From positions 57-64,056 of the forward strand of contig CAKPHD010000002.1 of NCBI GenBank assembly GCA_934155625.1: 64,000 bases of DNA. Direction: 5' to 3'. Positions 1 to 8,394 of this stretch are shown piece by piece (position 1 is the first letter of the stretch; each line of letters starts with the position of its first letter). The notes below the pieces were generated by a model, which saw only the letters and a program-made list of their open reading frames with translations, did not search any database and was not told the origin of the DNA. This stretch comes from an uncultured Clostridia bacterium. GTDB taxonomy: Bacteria > Bacillota > Clostridia > TANB77 > CAG-508. The position numbers and the translations under genes are program-made.

Positions 1-170
1 CACCTGTATATTCATCTGATTTACGTGCAGGCGCTGCTTTAATAGTTGCAGGAGTTATTGCTGAAGGAAAAACAGAAATATACAATTTAGAGCACATAGA
101 TAGAGGTTACGAAAACATAGAAGAAAAATTCAGAAACCTAGGTGCTAAAATAGATAGAATTAGAGAATAA
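1..170 (+). CDS. murA: UDP-N-acetylglucosamine 1-carboxyvinyltransferase, 3' end (partial, frame starts at nt 3)
   Basis: Open frame entering from the left edge translates to ...[52 protein letters not shown], a typical MurA C-terminus. Stop at 168-170. Confidence 0.75.
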   Translation, partial: PVYSSDLRAGAALIVAGVIAEGKTEIYNLEHIDRGYENIEEKFRNLGAKIDRIRE

Positions 171-191
171 CATTAGAAAGAAGAAATACAT

Positions 192-977
192 ATGCTAAAT
201 TTTTGTAGTTTATATAGTGGTAGTAGTGGTAACAGTTTATTTGTAGAAACTGAAAATACTAAAATTTTAATTGATGCAGGTATGAGTTGTAAAAAAATAG
301 AAGAGGGATTGCAATCTATAGAAGTAGAGCCCTCTTCTATTAATGCAATTTTAGTAACACATGAACATTCTGACCATGTAAAAGGAATTGGAACGCTTTC
401 AAAAAAATTTAATATTCCTGTTTTTTCTACTAAAGAAACATTTGATGCAATGCCTACTCAAACAGAAAAATTGTCAGAAAAAAATATTAATTTTTTTAAT
501 CCTAATGAAAGATTTAATATTAATGATTTAGAAATTCTTCCTTTTAGTATACCTCATGATGCAGCAAACCCATGCGGATTTAATATCTCTAAAGATAACA
601 ATAATCAAATTAGTATTGCCACAGATATTGGTCATATGACAAAATCCATAGTTGATACTATTGAAGGAAGTAAATTTATATTATTAGAATCAAATTATGA
701 TACTGAAGTTTTAAGATGTTGTGCTTATCCATACAAATTAAAAACTCGTATTGCCAGTGATACAGGACATCTATCTAATACCATGGCAGGAAAAACTATT
801 TCTTATTTATTGAAAAATGGGAATCTTGCAACTGCAATGTTAGGTCACTTAAGTAAAGAAAGCAATTTTCCTGAATTAGCCTATCAAACAGTTATAGATG
901 AAATAATTTCGAATAATAGTAATATAAACTTATCTGTTGCTAGTAGAGATTGTCCTAGCAAATTAATTACTTTATAA
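192..977 (+). CDS. MBL-fold metallo-hydrolase (YycJ/WalJ-like)
   Basis: 261-aa ORF with the HEHSDH metal-binding motif (VTHEHSDHVKG) and later D/H motifs typical of the metallo-beta-lactamase fold. Confidence 0.8.
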   Translation: MLNFCSLYSGSSGNSLFVETENTKILIDAGMSCKKIEEGLQSIEVEPSSINAILVTHEHSDHVKGIGTLSKKFNIPVFSTKETFDAMPTQTEKLSEKNINFFNPNERFNINDLEILPFSIPHDAANPCGFNISKDNNNQISIATDIGHMTKSIVDTIEGSKFILLESNYDTEVLRCCAYPYKLKTRIASDTGHLSNTMAGKTISYLLKNGNLATAMLGHLSKESNFPELAYQTVIDEIISNNSNINLSVASRDCPSKLITL

Positions 978-980
978 TAT

Positions 981-1139
981 TTGTAAAGGGAATAATAAAT
1001 ATTTTGACACAAAAATAATATTAGGTTTAGGGGGCCTATCTATTGTTTAGTTTTTTAAATTTTTTATTATATGATATTTGTCAAATAGATTAAATTATTA
1101 TATTTCGGGGGAAATCATAATTGATTATTCCCTTTACAA
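981..1139. repeat. Perfect 16-bp inverted repeat (TTGTAAAGGGAATAAT / ATTATTCCCTTTACAA) closing a ~125-nt insert
   Basis: Arms at 981-996 and 1124-1139 are exact reverse complements. An inner TTTGACA / TGTCAAA pair also occurs. Lies in the convergent spacer after the MBL gene. Confidence 0.6.
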
Positions 1140-1257
1140 GATTAAAAACTTATTAATAAAAATTTGAATTAATTTCTTGACTAAATTTTCATTGACATTA
1201 TGTTACATCATTTTATTTATATTGTCAACATTATTTCTAAAAAATTTACAAAAATCG

Positions 1258-1274
1258 TTCGACAACTTTCGACA
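1258..1274 (+). promoter_or_regulatory. Two tandem Spo0A-box-like heptamers (TTCGACA x2)
   Basis: TTCGACA at 1258-1264 and 1268-1274 is the complement of the TGTCGAA 0A-box consensus. Several TTGAC(A/T) motifs lie just upstream. No obvious target gene. Confidence 0.3.
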
Positions 1275-1282
1275 TTTAATTA

Positions 1283-1810
1283 TTAAAATATCAATTTACA
1301 AATAAAAAAAGAAACAATAATTCCAGTCAAATCAGCCGCTAAAGCTGCAATCAAAATTCCTCTTGTGTTTTTTATCTTTACTGAACTTGTATATACAGCA
1401 ATAGTATATAATGTTGTTTCTGTTGACCCCATTATAATAGAAGCTAAAATTCCAATAAAAGAATCTACTCCGCTATTTTTTATAATATCTGTAGCAATAG
1501 CCATAGAAGCACTACCAGAAATTGGTCTTAATAAAGCAAGAGATACAACTTCGCTTGGAAACTTTACTAAACTTAAAATAGGCGTAATTATATTAGTTAT
1601 AGCATTTAATATTCCAGAACTTCTAAGCATACCAATAGCAACAAATAATCCTATTAACGTTGGAAATATTTTCAAACTTATTTCTATTCCATCAAAAGCC
1701 CCTTTTAAGAAAATATCAAAAACTGATTTTTTTTCTTTTAATGATTCACAAATAATTATTAAAATAACCATAGGCATTGCAATTATTGAAATATAATTAA
1801 TAATCTTCAT
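1283..1810 (-). CDS. spmB: Spore maturation protein B (nucleoside-recognition/Gate-domain membrane protein)
   Basis: 175-aa polytopic membrane ORF directly downstream of the spmA-like gene. The paired arrangement and size are typical of spmAB. Confidence 0.75.
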   Translation of the reverse strand: MKIINYISIIAMPMVILIIICESLKEKKSVFDIFLKGAFDGIEISLKIFPTLIGLFVAIGMLRSSGILNAITNIITPILSLVKFPSEVVSLALLRPISGSASMAIATDIIKNSGVDSFIGILASIIMGSTETTLYTIAVYTSSVKIKNTRGILIAALAADLTGIIVSFFICKLIF

Positions 1811-1822
1811 ATACTACCTTTC

Positions 1823-2407
1823 TTACTTATTTGAAGTGATTTTTATAATAATTTTACAACATACAACTGCTACAATAGCAGCACATACTGTAGATATCCA
1901 AACAGGAAAAATTATTTTTGAAGGATTTTCTGACCCAAGAGAGCTCCTTATTGCAATTACTGTTGTCGGAATAATTTGTAATGAAGCAGTATTTAACACA
2001 ATTAACATCATCATATTATCACTTAATTTTTCTTTATCATCATTTTCTTTTTGTAATTCTTCCATCGCTTTTAAACCTAGTGGTGTAGCAGCATTTCCTA
2101 ATCCTAAAATATTAGCAATAATATTCATAACAATATTATTATAAGATTTTTTTTCCATTTTACAGTCACCAAAAAAGACTTTTATAATTGGTGCTAATAG
2201 TTTTTTTAAATATTCAATTATATTACTTCTAGAAGCTACTTCCATAATTCCACTCCACAAACATGTTGTTCCAACTAATGTTAAAGTTAAATTTACAGCA
2301 TTATTAGTCGATTCAAAAATAGAATTATTTAAATTTTGTAAATTTCCAGAAAATATAGCATAAATTATAGATATAATAATGAAAATTGGCCATAATATAT
2401 TTAACAT
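1823..2407 (-). CDS. spmA: Spore maturation protein A
   Basis: 194-aa membrane ORF (…GLGNAATPLGLKAMEELQ…), typical SpmA/nucleoside-recognition domain, in an operon with spmB. Confidence 0.75.
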   Translation of the reverse strand: MLNILWPIFIIISIIYAIFSGNLQNLNNSIFESTNNAVNLTLTLVGTTCLWSGIMEVASRSNIIEYLKKLLAPIIKVFFGDCKMEKKSYNNIVMNIIANILGLGNAATPLGLKAMEELQKENDDKEKLSDNMMMLIVLNTASLQIIPTTVIAIRSSLGSENPSKIIFPVWISTVCAAIVAVVCCKIIIKITSNK

Positions 2408-2487
2408 TTCAATCCCCTTTTATACATTTATATTTTTCAAATTACTAAAATATAACAAATTAATTTACAATAATTTGAAATTTATGA

Positions 2488-2516
2488 TTGACCAAATCCA
2501 ATATCTATGTTATCAT
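2488..2516 (+). promoter_or_regulatory. Sigma-A-type promoter for abrB
   Basis: TTGACC (2488-2493), 17-nt spacer, TATCAT (2511-2516), about 40 nt upstream of the abrB start and its AGGAGG RBS. Confidence 0.5.
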
Positions 2517-2555
2517 ATACTTGAATTGATTTAAATTGTTTAAGGAGGACAAGAT

Positions 2556-2813
2556 ATGAAATCTACAGGAATAGTAAGAAAGGTAGACGAATTAGGTAGA
2601 GTTGTTATACCTATTGAAATTAGAAATAAATTTGATATAGCTGAAAAAGATCCTATCGAAATTTATGTTGATGGATCTTCAATTATACTAAAAAAATATG
2701 AGCCAAACTGTATCTTTTGTGGAAACTCAAAAAATCTAATTTCTTATAAAGATAAATTAGTTTGTTCAAAATGTGCTCAAAAATTATCTAATCTTGATAA
2801 TATAGAAGAATAA
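2556..2813 (+). CDS. abrB: AbrB-family transition-state regulator (SpoVT/AbrB N-domain, Cys4 C-terminal tail)
   Basis: N-terminus MKSTGIVRKVDELGRVVIPIEIRNKFDIAEKDPIEIYVDG..IILKKYEP is the canonical AbrB swapped-hairpin domain. C-terminus carries CIFCG...CSKC. Confidence 0.85.
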   Translation: MKSTGIVRKVDELGRVVIPIEIRNKFDIAEKDPIEIYVDGSSIILKKYEPNCIFCGNSKNLISYKDKLVCSKCAQKLSNLDNIEE

Positions 2814-2817
2814 TAAA

Positions 2818-2867
2818 AAGAGAAAAATGGAAAAGTTGCAATTTAATTCATTTTTCTCTTTTTTTAT
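2818..2867. terminator. Bidirectional rho-independent terminator between abrB and rsmI
   Basis: 12-bp stem AAGAGAAAAATG / CATTTTTCTCTT (2818-2829 and 2849-2860) followed by a T-run. An A-run precedes it on the other strand. Confidence 0.6.
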
Positions 2868-3689
2868 TTATATAAATTTCATATATATTTCATTTTTATT
2901 AACATTTCTATCTTTAGCAATTTTTTTTATTATTTCTTTTTTATTAAGACCTTGATTTTCGTAATATTTATAGTGTTCTTCTAAAGTTAATAAATTTAAT
3001 TCATTTTCCTTATTATCACTTTTTTCTTTTCCTTCTATTATTAGTATCATTTCACCTTTTAAATTATCTATATTTTCTAATAATTCATTTATATTTTTTC
3101 TAATAAATTCTTCATGAATTTTAGTTAATTCTCTCGCTAACACTATTTTTCTATTATCTAATATATCTTTTAAATCTATTAAAGTATTTTTCATTTTATG
3201 TGGAGCTTCATATATTATAATTGTTTTTTCTGATTTACTAATTTCATCTAATTTTTCTTTTCTTAATTTTTTATTTAATGGTAAAAAACCTAAAAAAATG
3301 AATTCTTTAGTATTTAATCCTGATGCTATTAATGCATTTACAAAAGCACAAGCCCCTGGTATTGGAATTACTTCTATATTCTCTTCTATAGCTTTTTTTA
3401 TAACTTCTTCTCCTGGATCACAAATCCCTGGTGTTCCAGCATCTGAAACTAATGCAATATTTTTTTCATTTTTTAATTTTTCTATTAATATATTACTTTT
3501 TACTTCTTCATTATGTCTATGATAACTTATTAATGGTTTTGATATTTCAAAATGATTTAATAGTTTTAATGTTTGTCTTGTATCTTCTGCTGCAATTAAA
3601 TCTACCTCTTTTAATATTTTTAATGCTCTTAAAGTTATATCTTCTAAATTTCCTATTGGTGTTGCTATTATATATAATTTTCCTGCCAT
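2868..3689 (-). CDS. rsmI: 16S rRNA (cytidine1402-2'-O)-methyltransferase
   Basis: 273-aa ORF with N-terminal GKLYIIATPIGNLEDITLRALKILKEVDLIAAEDTR, typical of RsmI tetrapyrrole-methylase-fold proteins. Confidence 0.85.
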   Translation of the reverse strand: MAGKLYIIATPIGNLEDITLRALKILKEVDLIAAEDTRQTLKLLNHFEISKPLISYHRHNEEVKSNILIEKLKNEKNIALVSDAGTPGICDPGEEVIKKAIEENIEVIPIPGACAFVNALIASGLNTKEFIFLGFLPLNKKLRKEKLDEISKSEKTIIIYEAPHKMKNTLIDLKDILDNRKIVLARELTKIHEEFIRKNINELLENIDNLKGEMILIIEGKEKSDNKENELNLLTLEEHYKYYENQGLNKKEIIKKIAKDRNVNKNEIYMKFI

Positions 3690-3796
3690 TTATTATTCCT
3701 CTCATTTCTTTTTTATTTATTTTATCATATTTTTTTATTTTTTTAAATACAAATTTTATTAATTATTCATATAATATAAAAAAGAAATAAAAGAAG

Positions 3797-4039
3797 GTGA
3801 TTATTATAAATAATTATCATAAAGATTATCTTTCTCCATCATATTATAATAATTATAGGAATATTTCACCTCCACCATGTCCACCACCAAAACCTCATAA
3901 TAAAAAACCACAAAAAAAGAAATTAAATTTTAAAACATTAAAAAAAGATACTTGTCAATCATTAAATGATGTTGAATATTTTTTAAATAATTTTACCAAT
4001 AATTTAAAATATTATAGATTAATAAAATTATTAAAATAA
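3797..4039 (+). CDS. Hypothetical small Pro/Lys-rich protein (80 aa, GTG start)
   Basis: ORF only. Contains PPPCPPPKPHNKKPQKKK. No recognisable family, and the RBS context is weak. Confidence 0.3.
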   Translation: MIIINNYHKDYLSPSYYNNYRNISPPPCPPPKPHNKKPQKKKLNFKTLKKDTCQSLNDVEYFLNNFTNNLKYYRLIKLLK

Positions 4040-4206
4040 TTATTTTAATAATTTTATTTATTATTTATTTTATTATTTTATTTATTTTTTATTTATTATT
4101 TTTTATTTATTATTTTTTATTTATTTTTTATTTATTATTTTTTATTTATTATTTTTTATTTATTATTTTTTATTTATTTTTTATTTATTTTTTATTTATT
4201 TTATTT
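4040..4206. repeat. T-rich minisatellite built from 11- and 14-nt units (ATTTATTTTTT / ATTTATTATTTTTT)
   Basis: About ten consecutive imperfect units are visible between the 80-aa ORF stop and the gerM-like stop. A-rich on the minus (leading/coding) strand. Confidence 0.8.
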
Positions 4207-4743
4207 TTAATTATTTATTTTTATATATGTATCCTGAAAATTATTATTTATTTGACCATTAATTAAAAATTTTACTGATTTTATTTCTTTTAAATTAGTT
4301 AGCGTATTTACTATACTATTAATAATTTTTAATTTATTCTTTTCATCACCAAATTCTAAGAATTGATCAGATAAATTAATTTCTGCACAATTATCTTTTA
4401 CATTTATATCATATACTACGGTTCCTTCAGGAATTACTCTTTTTAAGTTACTACTCTGAGGTCCTGCTATTAATAAATTCATTATTTCTTTTTCTGGATT
4501 ATTAATAAGTTTATTTGCATCTATTAATCTAATTTCTGTTTCTAATTCTCCTGTCTCTATATTTTCAAAAAATAATATTATTTTAGTTTGCCTACTCTGT
4601 TCATCTGAAATTTCTTCTTGTGGTGTGTAATCTTTATATTCATTTTCCTTATTTTTTTCTATAGTTATATTTTTATATATAAAAAATGTAATTATTATTA
4701 TTAGAAATAATGTTATAATTGCTATTAATTTTTTTCTTTTCAT
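4207..4743 (-). CDS. GerM-domain (sporulation/germination) lipoprotein-like protein
   Basis: 178 aa with an N-terminal membrane anchor, then ...LLIAGPQSSNLKRVIPEGTVVYDINVKDNCAEINLSDQF...IVNTLTNLKEIKSVKFLINGQ, resembling GerM domains. Confidence 0.55.
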   Translation of the reverse strand: MKRKKLIAIITLFLIIIITFFIYKNITIEKNKENEYKDYTPQEEISDEQSRQTKIILFFENIETGELETEIRLIDANKLINNPEKEIMNLLIAGPQSSNLKRVIPEGTVVYDINVKDNCAEINLSDQFLEFGDEKNKLKIINSIVNTLTNLKEIKSVKFLINGQINNNFQDTYIKINN

Positions 4744-4875
4744 TTTTTTACCTCCTTGTCTAATTTAATAATATTATCAATTTATACTTTTTAGAACTAA
4801 TATATATTTCTATTATTTTTTTATATTATATAAAAAAAAATACAGATATAAATTTATATCTGTATTTTTTCTTAA

Positions 4876-5097
4876 TTAAAGGTTAAAGAACATCATTATT
4901 GCCAACAGAATAGCAATACCTAAAACTATGTAGCCTATTCCTTTAAGCAATTTTAAAATTTTTCCTTCTTGTTTTTGTACTCCACATTTTATAGTTACTG
5001 CTCCTACTCCTAAGAAGATTAAAGCTTTCACCATCAACATTGAAGCACCTAAAACTAGTATTACTACTATTGCTGCATTAAAAATTATGCCTAACAT
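4876..5097 (-). CDS. Small two-helix membrane protein (73 aa)
   Basis: Hydrophobic ORF MLGIIFN..., followed by hairpin terminator ACAGATATAAATTTATATCTGT. Its 5' end and promoter are duplicated at 6865-7050. Confidence 0.5.
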   Translation of the reverse strand: MLGIIFNAAIVVILVLGASMLMVKALIFLGVGAVTIKCGVQKQEGKILKLLKGIGYIVLGIAILLAIMMFFNL

Positions 5098-5262
5098 TTC
5101 TTTTTACCTTCTCTTCTATACTATACTAGAAGATCCTTTCTATTTTTTATACTTATATTATAACACATATTAATATATTTTACAAATTTTATGAAAACCA
5201 AAAATTTTTTTAAAAAAATAAAGATTAAAATTATAATAATTTTAATCTCTATAAAATATTAA
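5077..5262 (-). repeat. 186-bp direct repeat, copy A (terminator + promoter + first codons of small membrane protein gene)
   Basis: The first ~88 nt are identical to 6865-6952 except for one base. The last ~37 nt are nearly identical and the centre has diverged. Confidence 0.8.
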
Positions 5263-5288
5263 TATTTATATATTCAATATTTCAATTT

Positions 5289-5576
5289 TTAAATATTCTT
5301 AGATATTTGGTATATAATCTGAGGAATTGTACTTCCTGAAAATATTAATGCTGCCCCAATTAAATATGGAAATAAAGTTTGCTTATATTCTGATTTTTCT
5401 TCAACACTTCCAAGCATATATTTTATACCTATGACCATTAATATTATAACAGAAAGAACTGTTCCTACAGTTTGAATTACCCCTAAAATTATTTCAGCTT
5501 TAGATTTTAATTTTTCAGAACCTATATTATTTCCGTCCATTATATTTATCAAGATTTCCAAGTGAAGATACCCCAT
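5289..5576 (-). CDS. VirB2/TrbC-like pilin core (95 aa as drawn; signal peptide lies in another frame, see 5524-5679)
   Basis: ILGVIQTVGTVLSVIILMVIGIKYMLGSVEEKSEYKQTLFPYLIGAALIFSGSTI aligns with the 19017-19379 product and with the C-terminus of the 5695-6570 product. Confidence 0.55.
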   Translation of the reverse strand: MGYLHLEILINIMDGNNIGSEKLKSKAEIILGVIQTVGTVLSVIILMVIGIKYMLGSVEEKSEYKQTLFPYLIGAALIFSGSTIPQIIYQISKNI

Positions 5577-5679
5577 TTACTGCGTAAGCTTTATTACTAT
5601 ATAATAAATTAATGCTAAAAATTATTTGAAAAATCATCATTATTCCAATTATAAATTTAAATATTTTTATATATTTCAT
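5524..5679 (-). other. 51-codon leader ORF encoding a signal peptide, out of frame (+1) with the pilin core
   Basis: AGGAGA RBS then ATG at 5679: MKYIKIFKFIIGIMMIFQIIFSINLLYSNKAYAVNGVSSLGNLDKYNGRK*. It overlaps the start of the 5289-5576 ORF. Confidence 0.5.
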
Positions 5680-5694
5680 AATTTTCTCCTTTTC

Positions 5695-6570
5695 CTAAAC
5701 TCCTTGTAATATCGTTACAACTAATTTCCATATTCCAAATCCGCCAAATATTATTATACATCCTACTACATATGGCATTAAAAGTTTCTTTACTTGTGCT
5801 TTTTCTTCAACTCCTGAAATCATTAATTTTATTCCTAATATTGCTCCCATTAGTACTGCTATAATAATTCCTACGGTTACTAAAATATTAAATATTGTAT
5901 TCGAAACATTACTTAAATCATCTGCATTATATGTCAAATTACCATTTCCTATAAACTTATCTGCATCACTTATCATATCATCTAAATTAGAGCTTGCATC
6001 TTTTTGATCTTTCTTTTCTGGTCTAGAGTAAATTGTATCATCGGTTTGTCCCGTTAATTTATCATTATTTTCTTTTTCTTGTTTATCTCTTTCTTCAGAA
6101 TCTTTTTTAGTTTGTTCTCCTGTTGTTTCCTGAACTACTTTAAATTTATTTGCAATATTATTCTTGCCGGCTTTTTCTGCTGCATTTTTAAACTCTAGCA
6201 CCTTATTATTTATTTCATCTATTAAAGTTGATGTATCTGTCTTAGATTTTTGAGAATATAATGCGCTATATATATCAGCATCATATTTTTTATTTTTAGG
6301 ATTAATTCTATTTAATAAATTATTACAAACTGTTGCCAAATCCTTTCCGACATCATCTGATTCATTCTTTGCATCATATTTTATTCTTAAAAATTCGTTT
6401 ACCCAACCTACAGCATTTTCTGAATTTATATTTAAAGACATATCATCAAAAACATATTCTCCACCATCAATAAAATCTTCAGCCGATAATGCTTTTGCAT
6501 AAACTTTATTGCCTATACAGCATATACATATTATGAATAATAATATTATTATACAACATTTCTTTTTCAT
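5695..6570 (-). CDS. Secreted protein with a C-terminal VirB2-like pilin module (pilin-fusion, 291 aa)
   Basis: Signal peptide MKKKCCIIILLFIICICCIGNKVYA, a ~200-aa charged domain, then ILVTVGIIIAVLMGAILGIKLMISGVEEKAQVKKLLMPYVVGCIIIFGGFGI, homologous to the pilin cores. Confidence 0.6.
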   Translation of the reverse strand: MKKKCCIIILLFIICICCIGNKVYAKALSAEDFIDGGEYVFDDMSLNINSENAVGWVNEFLRIKYDAKNESDDVGKDLATVCNNLLNRINPKNKKYDADIYSALYSQKSKTDTSTLIDEINNKVLEFKNAAEKAGKNNIANKFKVVQETTGEQTKKDSEERDKQEKENNDKLTGQTDDTIYSRPEKKDQKDASSNLDDMISDADKFIGNGNLTYNADDLSNVSNTIFNILVTVGIIIAVLMGAILGIKLMISGVEEKAQVKKLLMPYVVGCIIIFGGFGIWKLVVTILQGV

Positions 6571-6702
6571 AATATTTTTCTCCTTCCTTAAATACCTATT
6601 ATAATTAATTATATACTAAATTATTATTTTTTTCAACTACAATTGCTTTTTATTTTAAAAAACCAATAAAGATATAAATCTATATCTTTATTGGTCTTAG
6701 GT

Positions 6703-6885
6703 TTAAAAAAATGTATTAATCCATGCTAATGTAATAATAATGCCAAAAAATAACATTCCTCCTCCTTCGCAAAAAGACTTACCAAAATTTCTTTTTTTGA
6801 TACCTTCTTTAATGTTTAATACTCCTGCGGCAAATAATATAAGTCCCATTACTGCAAGAAAAAAATTAAAAATTATGCCTAACAT
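6703..6885 (-). CDS. Small two-helix membrane protein (60 aa), paralogue of 4876-5097
   Basis: Same MLGIIFN start and duplicated upstream region. Followed by hairpin CCAATAAAGATATAAATCTATATCTTTATTGG. Confidence 0.45.
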   Translation of the reverse strand: MLGIIFNFFLAVMGLILFAAGVLNIKEGIKKRNFGKSFCEGGGMLFFGIIITLAWINTFF

Positions 6886-7050
6886 TTCTTTTTCCCTTCT
6901 CTTCTATACTATACTAGAAGATCCTTTCTATTTTTTATACTTATATTATAACATACATCCTTATATTTAGCAAACTTTATGGAAACTCAAAACACATTCT
7001 AAAAAATAGAGACTAAAATTATAATAATTTTAATCTCTATAAAATATTAA
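6865..7050 (-). repeat. 186-bp direct repeat, copy B
   Basis: See 5077-5262. The two copies bracket a 1.8-kb segment holding the 60-aa, 291-aa and 95-aa genes. Confidence 0.8.
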
Positions 7051-7058
7051 ATTAAATA

Positions 7059-8369
7059 TTATTCTTCAATGCTAAATGACATTACAAAATCATAATTGTC
7101 TTTTAATTGCATTATTATATTTAATGTTATTTTTTCTGAATTTTCGTCAGTAACATCAGTTAAGTTAATTGTTTGTGCATATGTAGACTTTTCATTAGAA
7201 TATGTTGTATATTCCACTTTATAATGTAAAGGTAATTTATCTTTTATATATTTTTCAAATTCTTTTTCTGTTTTCCAATTATTATTTCTAAAAGTTTCAT
7301 TTAAAACATTATAAGCATTTTCATAATCTCTTGTATTTAACATTTGTATCCATTTATCTATGTTCATAGCAACTTTATTTTGATCATCTGCACTATTATA
7401 AGTTTTTTGGAACTTTTCTGTTGGTATTGTATATGTATCTAGTTTAAATGTAAAGTCTAGTACATTTTTTTCATCAAAAATATATAAATTACTATATTGA
7501 TCTTTTGCAACATATTCAGTATAATCATCATGATTTTCTGTTAAATATTGTTCTACGGAAATTCTTTCTATTGTTTCCCTATTATTTTCAATATATTCTT
7601 TAAATTTTTCTATACTTCCAAATCTTTTATTTCTGTATTCTTCTTCCATATAATTATACGCAATTTCAGGTTCTGCTAATACTAATTTTTTATATAATAA
7701 TATATAATCTTTTACCTTTGTTTCACTGCTACTTGTTTTATTTATATATACATTATCTTCATTTTTACTAATACTTGTTATCTTATCAGCTTGTTTTATT
7801 TCATCATATTGTTTATTAGTTGGCTCTATAGAATAGGTTTGATTTGAATAATCAACATTTACAATAAAACACTTCTTTCCTTTGCTTTCGTATTTAATAT
7901 TCTCTGTAAAACCTTCTACTACATATGTTTTTATATTTTCGTCTGTTAGTATTTTAATTTTTAATGGAACAAACATCAATTGTTCATTTTCTAGAGTTAT
8001 ATAATCTTGTAGATTATCAATTGTTATATTATTGTTCTGTATATATGTCTTACTTAACATATTTATTATTTTTTGATTCATTTGTTTATTTGTTTCTTCT
8101 TCTCCTTGAAGTTGTTTTAATTCCATATATAGAGAATTATTTTTGTTTGCTGTTTGTATATACGCAGTTACAGCACCATTAATAGTACTATATTCAAACT
8201 GTTCGATTTCATTATCTTTATAATCTGGTCTTTCAATCTCACTTATTTGTGTTTCATTATTTAATTCTTTTTGATTTGCTTTTAACACACAAATTAATAC
8301 AATAATTACTACAATTAAAATTGTCATAATAATACTTAATATTATCATACTTTTTTTAATTTTATTCAT
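7059..8369 (-). CDS. Membrane-anchored extracytoplasmic protein (436 aa), possible VirB8/TcpC-like role
   Basis: Single N-terminal TM helix followed by a large soluble region. The functional assignment rests only on position in the T4SS operon and architecture. Confidence 0.5.
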   Translation of the reverse strand: MNKIKKSMIILSIIMTILIVVIIVLICVLKANQKELNNETQISEIERPDYKDNEIEQFEYSTINGAVTAYIQTANKNNSLYMELKQLQGEEETNKQMNQKIINMLSKTYIQNNNITIDNLQDYITLENEQLMFVPLKIKILTDENIKTYVVEGFTENIKYESKGKKCFIVNVDYSNQTYSIEPTNKQYDEIKQADKITSISKNEDNVYINKTSSSETKVKDYILLYKKLVLAEPEIAYNYMEEEYRNKRFGSIEKFKEYIENNRETIERISVEQYLTENHDDYTEYVAKDQYSNLYIFDEKNVLDFTFKLDTYTIPTEKFQKTYNSADDQNKVAMNIDKWIQMLNTRDYENAYNVLNETFRNNNWKTEKEFEKYIKDKLPLHYKVEYTTYSNEKSTYAQTINLTDVTDENSEKITLNIIMQLKDNYDFVMSFSIEE

Positions 8370-8394
8370 ACAATCTCTTTCCTTTCATTACTTA

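Noticed and set aside
1365-1796. Long antisense or alternative-frame ORFs from the ORF track. Examples: 1365-1796, 1836-2144, 3298-3790, 8388-8666, 10160-11296, 13829-14092, 16381-17127, 17405-17752, 21259-21663, 21952-22602, 23095-23691, 26411-27383, 30124-30384, 31206-32021, 40704-41174, 53296-56448 minus-strand ORFs and 60684-61603.
   Set aside because: Each lies entirely inside, and opposite to or out of frame with, a gene that has clear family motifs. They have low-complexity Leu/Phe/Ile/Ser-rich translations and lack RBSs. This is typical of shadow ORFs in AT-rich DNA.
4040-4206. Regularly spaced short repeats that might be a CRISPR array.
   Set aside because: Units are only 11-14 nt and directly abut one another with no unique spacers. 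Composition is pure A/T. There are no cas genes. It is a minisatellite.
4744-4875. Search for an attL/attR-type duplication of the tRNA-Ser 3' end at the far side of island A.
   Set aside because: By eye, no copy of TGGCGGAGATGAGAGGGTTCGAACC or of the second tRNA's end was seen in 3.7-5.3 kb. A computational exact-match search is still needed.
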